Virus record (IMG/VR): IMGVR_UViG_2690316243_000012
Reading direction: 5' to 3' (one strand)
DNA: 6,798 nucleotides
Source: a virus
Taxonomy: Duplodnaviria; Heunggongvirae; Uroviricota; Caudoviricetes
The notes under the pieces are model-generated. The model did not search any database, was not told the DNA's origin, and was given only the letters and a program-made list of their open reading frames with translations. Of the stretch, positions 1-5,501 are shown one piece after another. The translations under genes and the position numbers were made by a program. Numbering within the stretch: position 1 is the first letter of the stretch; the number at the start of each line of letters is the position of its first letter.

Positions 1-12
1 AGTGTAGCGGTA

Positions 13-1290
13 TTAAGCGCAGCTATTTAGTGAATTAAGTAAATTAGTCAGTGACCTTGTAAAGTCTGTTAAACCTTCCTGTGAACCATCGAACATTAAG
101 GCCAGATTATTATTCCATGAATTACTTAAGCGGCCTAACTGCGTCTGAGTAGAGTTAATAATCTTTTCCCATCCACCAGCTTTATCAATCATCCTTCCCA
201 TTTCAGCGGATACTTTAGGAAGAACATCTTTAGAAAGAACCTTACCGTCTTTCATGGCCTTGTCTAATTCTTCCGTAGTCATCCCAAGACTTCTGGCAAA
301 TAACTGAAAAGCACCTGCCATTCTGTCACCTAATTGACCGCGTAGCTCTTCAGCCTGAATCTTTCCTTTAGATGCCATCTGCTCGAAAGCTTTTAAAATC
401 CCGTTAATTTCATCGGTGCTTAGCCCCATTAATCTGGATGTACCAATCACATTAGAAAATAAGGATTCTTTCTGGTCTGCATTCATATCACCAGCACCAG
501 CGGAAAACTTAGCAAAACTGCTTAATGTTTCAATCTGGTCTACACCACTACTATCAGCAAGATTCTTAACAAATTCTGTAGCTCGTTTAGCACCTTCATC
601 ACCTAAAACGAATTGTGCCGCTCGTTGTGATGCTTCTTTTTTCAGACCAACCTCCATAATCCGCCTGTAAGCTTCTAAGGCTGTCTGAAAACTATAAATG
701 GCTGTACCTGCTTTGATTGCACTCGTAGCTAATACATCCAGACTATTTGAAGCATTTTCACTGTGATTATTTTTGCTGGTGGTCTTGTTAAACTTAGAAA
801 GTGTTTCACGAAGAGACTGATTTAACTTTGCTAACTCACGATTAAAAGTTTCGTTTCCAAGTGTCTTGGATTTACTGCTTAAGCTGTAATACTGGCTTTT
901 AAAATACTTCTCAAGCATAGGATTAAAGTCACGAAGCTTGCTCATATTCGCTGAGTAAGCTGCTGTGATTGCTCTGCTTCCGCTAATTCGTGGCTGTCTT
1001 GGTTGTCTAAGTGGCTTTAAAGTATCCTCAATTTCAGTTTTAATCTTAAACGCTCTAGTGTTTTTAAGACGCTGCTCAATCTTGGAAACAGTTTTATCGA
1101 CATTTCTTTCCATTAGTTTGAGAGAATCATTTAAAGGCGTAGGATTAACTCTAAACGACTTATTCAATCGCTTCTCAATTCGTGATGCTACCTGCATCGT
1201 TTGTTTCTCGGCTTTTTCCAAGCCTTTTAAAACTTTCTGAGAGTTAAAACTTAACTCAATCAGAAAATCATCAACTTTAAATTGTGCCAT
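13..1290 (-). CDS. Phage tail tape-measure-domain protein (425 aa); atypically short, domain near C-terminus
   Basis: ORF-track ORF. ATG at 1290-1288 with SD AAAGAGGTG about 10 nt upstream (rc of 1299-1307); TAA stop at 15-13. Residues ~285-385 (SKGKIQAEELRGQLGDRMAGAFQLFARSLGMTTEELDKAMKDGKVLSKDVLPKV) match the duplicated GK..EEL / G.S/T.EEL.K...GK...D.LPK signature I recall from the conserved core of tape-measure proteins. The N-terminal ~280 aa are K/E/S/N/L-rich (coiled-coil-like). Product call is from memory, not a search. Confidence 0.6.
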   Translation of the reverse strand: MAQFKVDDFLIELSFNSQKVLKGLEKAEKQTMQVASRIEKRLNKSFRVNPTPLNDSLKLMERNVDKTVSKIEQRLKNTRAFKIKTEIEDTLKPLRQPRQPRISGSRAITAAYSANMSKLRDFNPMLEKYFKSQYYSLSSKSKTLGNETFNRELAKLNQSLRETLSKFNKTTSKNNHSENASNSLDVLATSAIKAGTAIYSFQTALEAYRRIMEVGLKKEASQRAAQFVLGDEGAKRATEFVKNLADSSGVDQIETLSSFAKFSAGAGDMNADQKESLFSNVIGTSRLMGLSTDEINGILKAFEQMASKGKIQAEELRGQLGDRMAGAFQLFARSLGMTTEELDKAMKDGKVLSKDVLPKVSAEMGRMIDKAGGWEKIINSTQTQLGRLSNSWNNNLALMFDGSQEGLTDFTRSLTNLLNSLNSCA

Positions 1291-1380
1291 TCATATTTTT
1301 CACCTCTTTAAGCGTGTTGTACGTAAATTCTATTTTTCAGTGTGGGTATTAGCTTTACAGATTTCACGTAGCACACATAC

Positions 1381-1423
1381 AAAAAAAGGGAGAGCTACCG
1401 ATGTCACTCGATAATCTCTCCCC
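1381..1423 (-). terminator. Candidate intrinsic terminator after the 69-aa gene
   Basis: Perfect 7-bp stem GGGAGAG (1388-1394) / CTCTCCC (1416-1422) with a 21-nt loop; on the minus strand the hairpin is followed by a run of 7 T (rc of A-run 1381-1387). The loop is large for a classical terminator. Confidence 0.45.
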
Positions 1424-1446
1424 GTATTTACCCAACCAATTCTTTT

Positions 1447-1656
1447 TTAATGTCGGACAAGATAATGTAATTCCGTTTCACCTATGATTTGAGCATCAGA
1501 AGGAATACGGTCAATACACCACTTTGGAATCTTGCGTGTTTTTGGTTTGTGTGAGGTGATAACTTGACGTTTGTTTTTAATTCTTAAGGCTGGCTTAGTT
1601 TGTAACTTTAAGTTTTCACAAACAGACCGAATAGTCTCTAAACGTTCTTCAAACAT
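1447..1656 (-). CDS. Hypothetical small basic protein (69 aa)
   Basis: ORF-track ORF. ATG at 1656-1654 with strong SD AAAGAGGTG 5 nt upstream (rc of 1662-1670). The same TAAAGAGGTG context precedes the tape-measure-domain gene. Starts 22 nt after the TGA stop of the 236-aa gene. No recognisable family. Confidence 0.5.
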   Translation of the reverse strand: MFEERLETIRSVCENLKLQTKPALRIKNKRQVITSHKPKTRKIPKWCIDRIPSDAQIIGETELHYLVRH

Positions 1657-1678
1657 TAATCACCTCTTTAATTCATAA

Positions 1679-2389
1679 TCAAACAGCCTTGCTATACTTC
1701 TGAGAAATCTTCGTTAACTGCTCAATATCAGCCATCAAAGCAATCTTCTTCTGCGACTCATATTCACTAACAAGTTCTTTCATAGTATCAAGTTCTTTTT
1801 TAAGCTTTTGCTTTAACTTATCCAGTTTACCGGAATAATGCTTAGTCAAATTAGCTTCAGCTAACTGAAGAATCTCTTCATCTGTTTTATCAGTCATCAG
1901 AATAAATTGACCAGAACCCCTTAATGCTTGTCTGACATCAATTAACCGGAACCCTTCAGGGATACTTTGAAGAACTTTAGGAACGTCTTCAATCGCTGTA
2001 CCAAAACCATCATTAAAGTTTCCTTCATAATAGATAAACGGGTTTGACTTAATCTCGTAAGCAATATCATATTCTGAAGGTTTCGAGGTTTCTTCGAAGT
2101 TCTTAGCAGCATCGTAAGCGACATCAAGTCTAAGACGCTGTGATTTTAAAGCTGGGTAATATTCACGCTCAAGCTCAAATAGTGCTTCAGTTTTGCAGAT
2201 ATCAGGCATTTCTTGAGGCTCAGGAGACACAAAGGAAATTACCTTTGGTGACATCTTTAGCTCTTGCTCAAGCTCAATGCGCTTGTCATGCTCTTGACGC
2301 TGAATAGTATGTAGCGGATGTTCACCCTGTGGTGACCAGTCTCCGAAGCTATCAACCTTTTTACCGTTAATATATAAATCGTTTGTCAT
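1679..2389 (-). CDS. Hypothetical protein (236 aa), function unknown
   Basis: ORF-track ORF. ATG at 2389-2387 with SD AGAGGA 7 nt upstream (rc of 2397-2402); TGA stop at 1681-1679. Acidic, coiled-coil-like C-terminus (KLDKLKQKLKKELDTMKELVSEYESQKK). I do not recognise the family. Confidence 0.65.
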   Translation of the reverse strand: MTNDLYINGKKVDSFGDWSPQGEHPLHTIQRQEHDKRIELEQELKMSPKVISFVSPEPQEMPDICKTEALFELEREYYPALKSQRLRLDVAYDAAKNFEETSKPSEYDIAYEIKSNPFIYYEGNFNDGFGTAIEDVPKVLQSIPEGFRLIDVRQALRGSGQFILMTDKTDEEILQLAEANLTKHYSGKLDKLKQKLKKELDTMKELVSEYESQKKIALMADIEQLTKISQKYSKAV

Positions 2390-2413
2390 TATAATTTCCT
2401 CTAAGTGTGGTTA

Positions 2414-2491
2414 TTTCTTAATAGAGCACCTTCAACGCCAATACACTTAGAAGATGACTTAACGATTTATTAAAGATGCTCTATTAAGAAA
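2414..2491. promoter_or_regulatory. Perfect 15-bp inverted repeat pair with 48-bp spacer, 25-102 nt upstream of the 236-aa gene start
   Basis: TTTCTTAATAGAGCA (2414-2428) and its exact reverse complement TGCTCTATTAAGAAA (2477-2491); read directly from the sequence. Could be operator half-sites or a long-range RNA stem in the 5' leader. Confidence 0.4.
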
Positions 2492-2580
2492 AGCCCTAAA
2501 CATAATCTGTGAAGGGCTTTGGAGGTTTGCTTATAACGTTAACGAAGTTTCAGGAAAACTTTCTTTAAAAGCTCTGTTTA

Positions 2581-2617
2581 AAAACTCTTAAAGAAAGCCC
2601 TAACTCATGATTAGGGC
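2581..2617 (-). terminator. Candidate intrinsic terminator ending the upstream minus-strand transcription unit
   Basis: 7-bp stem GCCCTAA (2597-2603) / TTAGGGC (2611-2617) with a 7-nt loop; on the minus strand it is followed by TTTCTTTAAGAGTTTTT (rc of 2581-2596). A second hairpin, AAGCCCT (2491-2497) / AGGGCTT (2513-2519) with a 15-nt loop, lies 80 bp further along the minus strand. Confidence 0.5.
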
Positions 2618-2904
2618 AAAGCTGTAAAGGATTCAATAATGAATGAACAAAGACTTTTTGAGATAGCCTCTCAGACCAACCTGAAAGGCTAGGACGAAAA
2701 GCATTGCACCTTTCCAACTCAGAATATCCATCCATCGGATTATTGAAAGAAAAAATAAGAGAGAATTGCTCTCCCCCATATATACAATTATGTCATGCTC
2801 AAGGTTGTTTGTCAACAGCTTTTAACAGATTGGTAACATTTATACTTTAATAGATGCACCTGCAATCATACCAATCAATACAAAACAGATAATCACCAAT
2901 TCCA

Positions 2905-3228
2905 TTAATGCACCACCTTCGAATCCGTCACCAGAATATTATCGCTATACAAAATTGCTATAGCCGCCTTGAGATATTTTTCAGGGCTAACGCTGTATTT
3001 GTTCGTTTCTTCGATAATAAGACGCTTCATGTTTGAGTCGGTAACAGGAAACATAAAACGCGGTTCACCAGTTTCAATTTCCTGAATAAAGTCTTCAATT
3101 TCTTCTGAGTTTTCAGCCATTAGCTTTAGTAATTTATCAAGGTCAATTGATACACCGGAATCAGCGAAAGCCTGCACCATCATAGCAGTGTCGCTATCAA
3201 TGAAAATCTGTAATTCATATTCGTTCAT
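2905..3228 (-). CDS. Hypothetical acidic protein (107 aa from the ATG start)
   Basis: ORF-track ORF 2905..3261 begins at a TTG. The in-frame ATG at 3228-3226 has a strong SD AAAGGAG 8 nt upstream (minus strand GGTAAAAAGGAGATTTTAAAAATG), so I place the start there. TAA stop at 2907-2905. No recognisable family. Confidence 0.55.
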   Translation of the reverse strand: MNEYELQIFIDSDTAMMVQAFADSGVSIDLDKLLKLMAENSEEIEDFIQEIETGEPRFMFPVTDSNMKRLIIEETNKYSVSPEKYLKAAIAILYSDNILVTDSKVVH

Positions 3229-3248
3229 TTTTAAAATCTCCTTTTTAC

Positions 3249-3370
3249 CAGACCTCCTCAATCGCTCTGTAACGAGCTAAACAGTCTTTTTCAGGGGTAG
3301 CCTGTACAGTGGTATTACCCACCCTAAAATAAGATAGTTTTTTGCGTTAGAATGCGATTGAGAGCGTCTG
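3249..3370 (+). repeat. Repeat element copy A: ~122-bp element with imperfect ~27-bp terminal inverted repeats
   Basis: Left arm CAGACCTCCTCAATCGCTCTGTAACGAG (3249-3276); right arm GCGTTAGAATGCGATTGAGAGCGTCTG (3344-3370), whose reverse complement CAGACGCTCTCAATCGCATTCTAACGC matches the left arm at about 19 of 25 positions. Homologous to copy B (4901-4998) and, inverted, to copy C (6286-6392). Lies between two minus-strand genes, its left end 21 nt from the ATG at 3228. Confidence 0.65.
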
Positions 3371-3406
3371 ATAAGCTGTTTTTCTAATTTCTCTTAAAGT
3401 CTCGGA

Positions 3407-3607
3407 CTACCAATAACCTAATTCCGCTTTATTTCGTTCAAACCATTCCGCTGTAACTGCTGTCTTTAGTGTTGCGTTTGGGCTGGTGGCATGAATGAAG
3501 ATATCTTTTGGATTGCAAGCATCACCGAAACCACCTTCTTTGATGAGCAGGTCTGATACATGCTTAATCATTTTATCTGTCAAATATTCGAATTTAATAC
3601 ATAACAT
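3407..3607 (-). CDS. Hypothetical small protein (66 aa from the ATG start; track ORF extends to a TTG at 3640)
   Basis: ORF-track ORF 3407..3640 begins at a TTG. The in-frame ATG at 3607-3605 overlaps the TAA stop of the upstream HNH-like gene (minus strand TAATG) and has SD GGAG 5 nt upstream, a classic translational-coupling junction. TAG stop at 3409-3407. No recognisable family. Confidence 0.45.
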   Translation of the reverse strand: MLCIKFEYLTDKMIKHVSDLLIKEGGFGDACNPKDIFIHATSPNATLKTAVTAEWFERNKAELGYW

Positions 3608-3879
3608 TAAATCTCCAGGAGTAAATTGTTTGGGTGGCAATTTCTTTTATTACCATCCCTGAAGATAATCTTTTTAGTTGCCTGAACTTCATGATGCAAA
3701 AACCAGATGACATACTTCAGATAATAATCACGAGTGCCATAACGAATCATTGGATTACCGTAAGCATCATCTCTTGTCTTAACCTCTCCACCATCAATCC
3801 ATTCAAGCATTCCTGTCTCATAATTAATCATGAAGTAAGTTGCAAAGAACCGTTTAATATCATCTCGCCATTGCTTCAT
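3607..3879 (-). CDS. HNH_3/NUMOD4-like small protein (90 aa), probably catalytically degenerate
   Basis: ORF-track ORF. ATG at 3879-3877 with SD AGGAGG 7 nt upstream. N-terminal LEWIDGGEV...YGNPMIRYG resembles the NUMOD4 motif; C-terminal YLKYVIWFLHHEV...IIFRDGNKRNCHPNNL resembles the HNH_3 motif (H.DGNK.NN...NL), but the position of the catalytic His reads F-R-D-G. Family assignment from memory. Confidence 0.5.
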   Translation of the reverse strand: MKQWRDDIKRFFATYFMINYETGMLEWIDGGEVKTRDDAYGNPMIRYGTRDYYLKYVIWFLHHEVQATKKIIFRDGNKRNCHPNNLLLEI

Positions 3880-3881
3880 AA

Positions 3882-4160
3882 TCAGACCTCCTGAGACAGT
3901 TTGTGAATTTTGATACTTAGTAACCTTGCTAAATCCAGTCCAAAAGCATTTAAGGATTTCAGACTATCAAGGTCATCTTGCTTAATCCTGATATGGTGTC
4001 TTGCAGCCTCTAAGCGACTATTAAGCAAATCCTGTTCGTTAATATCACGGTTAATTGCAAGCTTCATCACTGCTGAGTGTGGCAGACCTGTAATGTTTTT
4101 GATTCGGTTCAGTTCATCAAAGGCTGTCTTTGTAACTCTGGTTAATGTGTGTTTATTCAT
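3882..4160 (-). CDS. Hypothetical small protein (92 aa), possibly DNA-binding
   Basis: ORF-track ORF. ATG at 4160-4158 directly follows the TAA stop of the 185-aa gene (minus strand TAAATG) with SD GAGGA 8 nt upstream; TGA stop at 3884-3882, 2 nt before the next ATG. No recognisable family. Confidence 0.5.
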   Translation of the reverse strand: MNKHTLTRVTKTAFDELNRIKNITGLPHSAVMKLAINRDINEQDLLNSRLEAARHHIRIKQDDLDSLKSLNAFGLDLARLLSIKIHKLSQEV

Positions 4161-4718
4161 TTAAAAATCCTCTGTAACTAAATAGGGGTCAAACTCGAAA
4201 TCTGGTTGCTCGTTTTCCATTGGCTCAATATTCCCAACGGCAATATGATGTTCAACAATGCCAATTAATTTCGCGCACATCACAGCAAGCAAAGCGCAAT
4301 ATTTATCGCTTGGTAATTCGTAACTAAGTCTGGTTGCCTGTCGCTGAAGATGATTTGTCACGGTGGATGCGTTAATTTCGTCAAGATTCTTTAGCAGATA
4401 AAATAGTTTTTTGTTGTATTTCGGGTGGCCTTCACTTCTACAGAACCCAATAAAAACATCATCAAGCTTGCTTGGTAACTGCTCGTAACTGTCAAAGTTA
4501 GCCAGATAATTTTTAATAGTATTCTTTGTTGTTTTGCGTACTGGCATAAATCTGTCTCGTGGCGTAATGCTACGAATGACCGCTTCAATGTTCTTACGTT
4601 CGGATTTGCTAAAGGTTGGGACTTCGTAGCTGGTGGGGTTGTTTGTGTAAGCGTAGGAGTTGTGCTTGTTGCGTTCTCTTGATGCCTGAAGCATCGCTCT
4701 AAATTCTGAATACTGCAT
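4161..4718 (-). CDS. Hypothetical protein (185 aa); first gene of the minus-strand operon
   Basis: ORF-track ORF. ATG at 4718-4716, TAA stop at 4163-4161. About 45 nt downstream of the predicted minus-strand promoter; the SD is weak (GAGAG ~11 nt upstream). No recognisable family. Confidence 0.6.
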   Translation of the reverse strand: MQYSEFRAMLQASRERNKHNSYAYTNNPTSYEVPTFSKSERKNIEAVIRSITPRDRFMPVRKTTKNTIKNYLANFDSYEQLPSKLDDVFIGFCRSEGHPKYNKKLFYLLKNLDEINASTVTNHLQRQATRLSYELPSDKYCALLAVMCAKLIGIVEHHIAVGNIEPMENEQPDFEFDPYLVTEDF

Positions 4719-4769
4719 TCATGTTCTGACTCTCATAAGATGTTATTATTCTGTTAACCTATATATACA

Positions 4770-4798
4770 ATATTAGCATTTTCAAAGACTAATGTCAA
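4770..4798 (-). promoter_or_regulatory. Candidate sigma70 promoter for the minus-strand operon
   Basis: On the minus strand: -35 TTGACA (rc of 4793-4798), 17-bp spacer, -10 TAATAT (rc of 4770-4775). Read directly; the -35 matches consensus perfectly. Confidence 0.5.
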
Positions 4799-4804
4799 GT
4801 ATTT

Positions 4805-4834
4805 TTAACATTTTCGTAACATCTGTGGTATAAT
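4805..4834 (+). promoter_or_regulatory. Candidate sigma70 promoter with extended -10, driving the plus-strand small-protein transcript
   Basis: -35 TTAACA (4805-4810), 18-bp spacer, extended -10 TGgTATAAT (4826-4834). Its -35 is 6 bp from the -35 of the divergent minus-strand promoter. Confidence 0.55.
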
Positions 4835-4900
4835 GGGTTTATGGGGAGAGTAAAATATGAGGCGTGGCTATGTATTTGGTCGCATATTTTGCATTGCACA

Positions 4901-4998
4901 CAGACCTCTTCAATCGCCCTGTAACGAGTTAAACGACCTCTTCAGGTCAACTCATAAGGTCAGGTACTTTTTGTGTCAGAATGCGATTGAGAGCGTCT
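4901..4998 (+). repeat. Repeat element copy B: ~98-bp homologue of copy A, in the leader of the small membrane-protein gene
   Basis: Left arm CAGACCTCTTCAATCGCCCTGTAACGAG (4901-4928) matches A's left arm at 26 of 28 positions; right arm GTCAGAATGCGATTGAGAGCGTCT (4975-4998) carries the same AGAATGCGATTGAGAGCGTCT core as A. The interior shares the first ~20 bp with A (TAAAC..CT.TTCAGG), then is ~20 bp shorter. Ends 15 nt before the ATG at 5013. Confidence 0.65.
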
Positions 4999-5012
4999 TA
5001 CAAGGAAAACTA

Positions 5013-5189
5013 ATGGTAAATCTCCCTCCTGAGCTGGGGTCACCTGATGTATGGACTGGTGGAGGTATTGGGCTGATTGCAGGCCTGCTACTTCGCTACG
5101 TCCTCGTCAGAGTGCTTGTTGTCTTTAAACTGTTCGGTCGTACATGGACGCTTGACCTTAAGGATAACGACCACACAGACCCCCGTTAA
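5013..5189 (+). CDS. Small single-pass membrane protein (58 aa); candidate toxin, holin-like or exclusion peptide
   Basis: ATG at 5013 with SD AAGGA 7 nt upstream; TAA stop at 5187-5189. Translation MVNLPPELGSPDVWTGGGIGLIAGLLLRYVLVRVLVVFKLFGRTWTLDLKDNDHTDPR has one hydrophobic helix (about residues 15-41). The track ORF 4857..5189 is the same frame extended to an ATG at 4857, which has its own SD GGAGAG; that N-terminal extension is encoded entirely by repeat copy B, so I prefer the short form. Confidence 0.5.
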   Translation: MVNLPPELGSPDVWTGGGIGLIAGLLLRYVLVRVLVVFKLFGRTWTLDLKDNDHTDPR

Positions 5190-5200
5190 ACTCCTTCAAA

Positions 5201-5260
5201 ACCCCTGCACGAGATGACAGATAGAAGTCTATGGTACAGGGGTGTCTTTAGCATTTTGTG
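5201..5260 (+). terminator. Candidate terminator-like hairpin after the small membrane-protein gene
   Basis: Perfect 7-bp stem ACCCCTG (5201-5207) / CAGGGGT (5237-5243) with a 29-nt loop that has its own short inverted repeat (ATAG..CTAT), followed by the T-rich GTCTTTAGCATTTTGTG. The large loop makes this a weak call. Confidence 0.3.
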
Positions 5261-5324
5261 CTATCTATTAAAAAATAGCTTGACAGAACCGGAAAGCTGT
5301 ATCTATCAAGCATTCACCTCTCTG

Positions 5325-5501
5325 ACAGTAATTTCTAAAAGTTCTTATTTTTCAATAAGTTGTAATTAGCCATATATAGAGAACTGACAAGTCTCTTCAC
5401 AGACAACTCTGCAACCTTAACAGTAACTTCTAAAAATGCTTATTTTTCAACGAGTTGTAATCACCCAATATATAAGGCTGTCCAGTACCTTCACAGATAA
5501 C
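5325..5501. repeat. Tandem direct repeat, two ~83-bp units at a ~95-bp period
   Basis: Unit 1 (5325-5407) and unit 2 (5420-5501) share ordered blocks ACAGTAA, TTCTAAAA, TTATTTTTCAA, AGTTGTAAT, ATATATA, CTTCACAGA, AAC, with divergent sequence between them (by eye roughly 70% identical). A partial third copy (ACAGTAACTT plus AT-rich tail) is at 6457-6490. Confidence 0.7.

Noticed and set aside
416-670. Plus-strand 84-aa ORF
   Set aside because: Lies entirely antisense within the tape-measure-domain CDS, has no SD, and the translation is low-complexity; typical shadow ORF.
965-1240. Plus-strand 91-aa ORF
   Set aside because: Antisense shadow ORF inside the tape-measure-domain CDS; no ribosome-binding site.
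1942-2127. Minus-strand 61-aa ORF
   Set aside because: Nested out of frame inside the 236-aa CDS; no independent start signals.
2633-2815. Minus-strand 60-aa hydrophobic ORF
   Set aside because: Track start is a TTG with no SD; the first in-frame ATG (2779-2777) also lacks an SD. Kept only as a remote possibility for a small membrane peptide.
2918-2926. tRNA T-loop-like TTCGAATCC
   Set aside because: Flanking sequence cannot form the T-stem or an acceptor stem, and the site is inside the 107-aa CDS; I found no tRNA-like cloverleaf anywhere in the window by eye.
3249-3370. Integron attC site or retron msr/msd for the palindromic elements
   Set aside because: The arms contain AAC...GTT-like cores, but these are not at the outer ends in the R''/R' arrangement and the flanking genes are not cassette-like. 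No reverse transcriptase ORF is present for a retron. Neither can be fully excluded without a search.
3634-3894. Plus-strand 86-aa ORF
   Set aside because: Antisense to the HNH-like and 92-aa genes, which have strong SDs and coupling; no start context of its own.
3910-4164. Plus-strand 84-aa ORF
   Set aside because: Antisense shadow of the 92-aa gene.
4391-4588. Minus-strand 65-aa ORF
   Set aside because: Nested out of frame within the 185-aa CDS.
4857-5189. Full 110-aa reading of the plus-strand ORF
   Set aside because: Its first 52 codons are encoded by repeat element B, whose homologue A is intergenic. I prefer the internal ATG at 5013, but translation from 4857 is not excluded because it has its own SD (GGAGAG).
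5325-5501. CRISPR array
   Set aside because: Repeat period is ~95 bp with only two units and no short constant repeat separated by unique spacers; not CRISPR-like.
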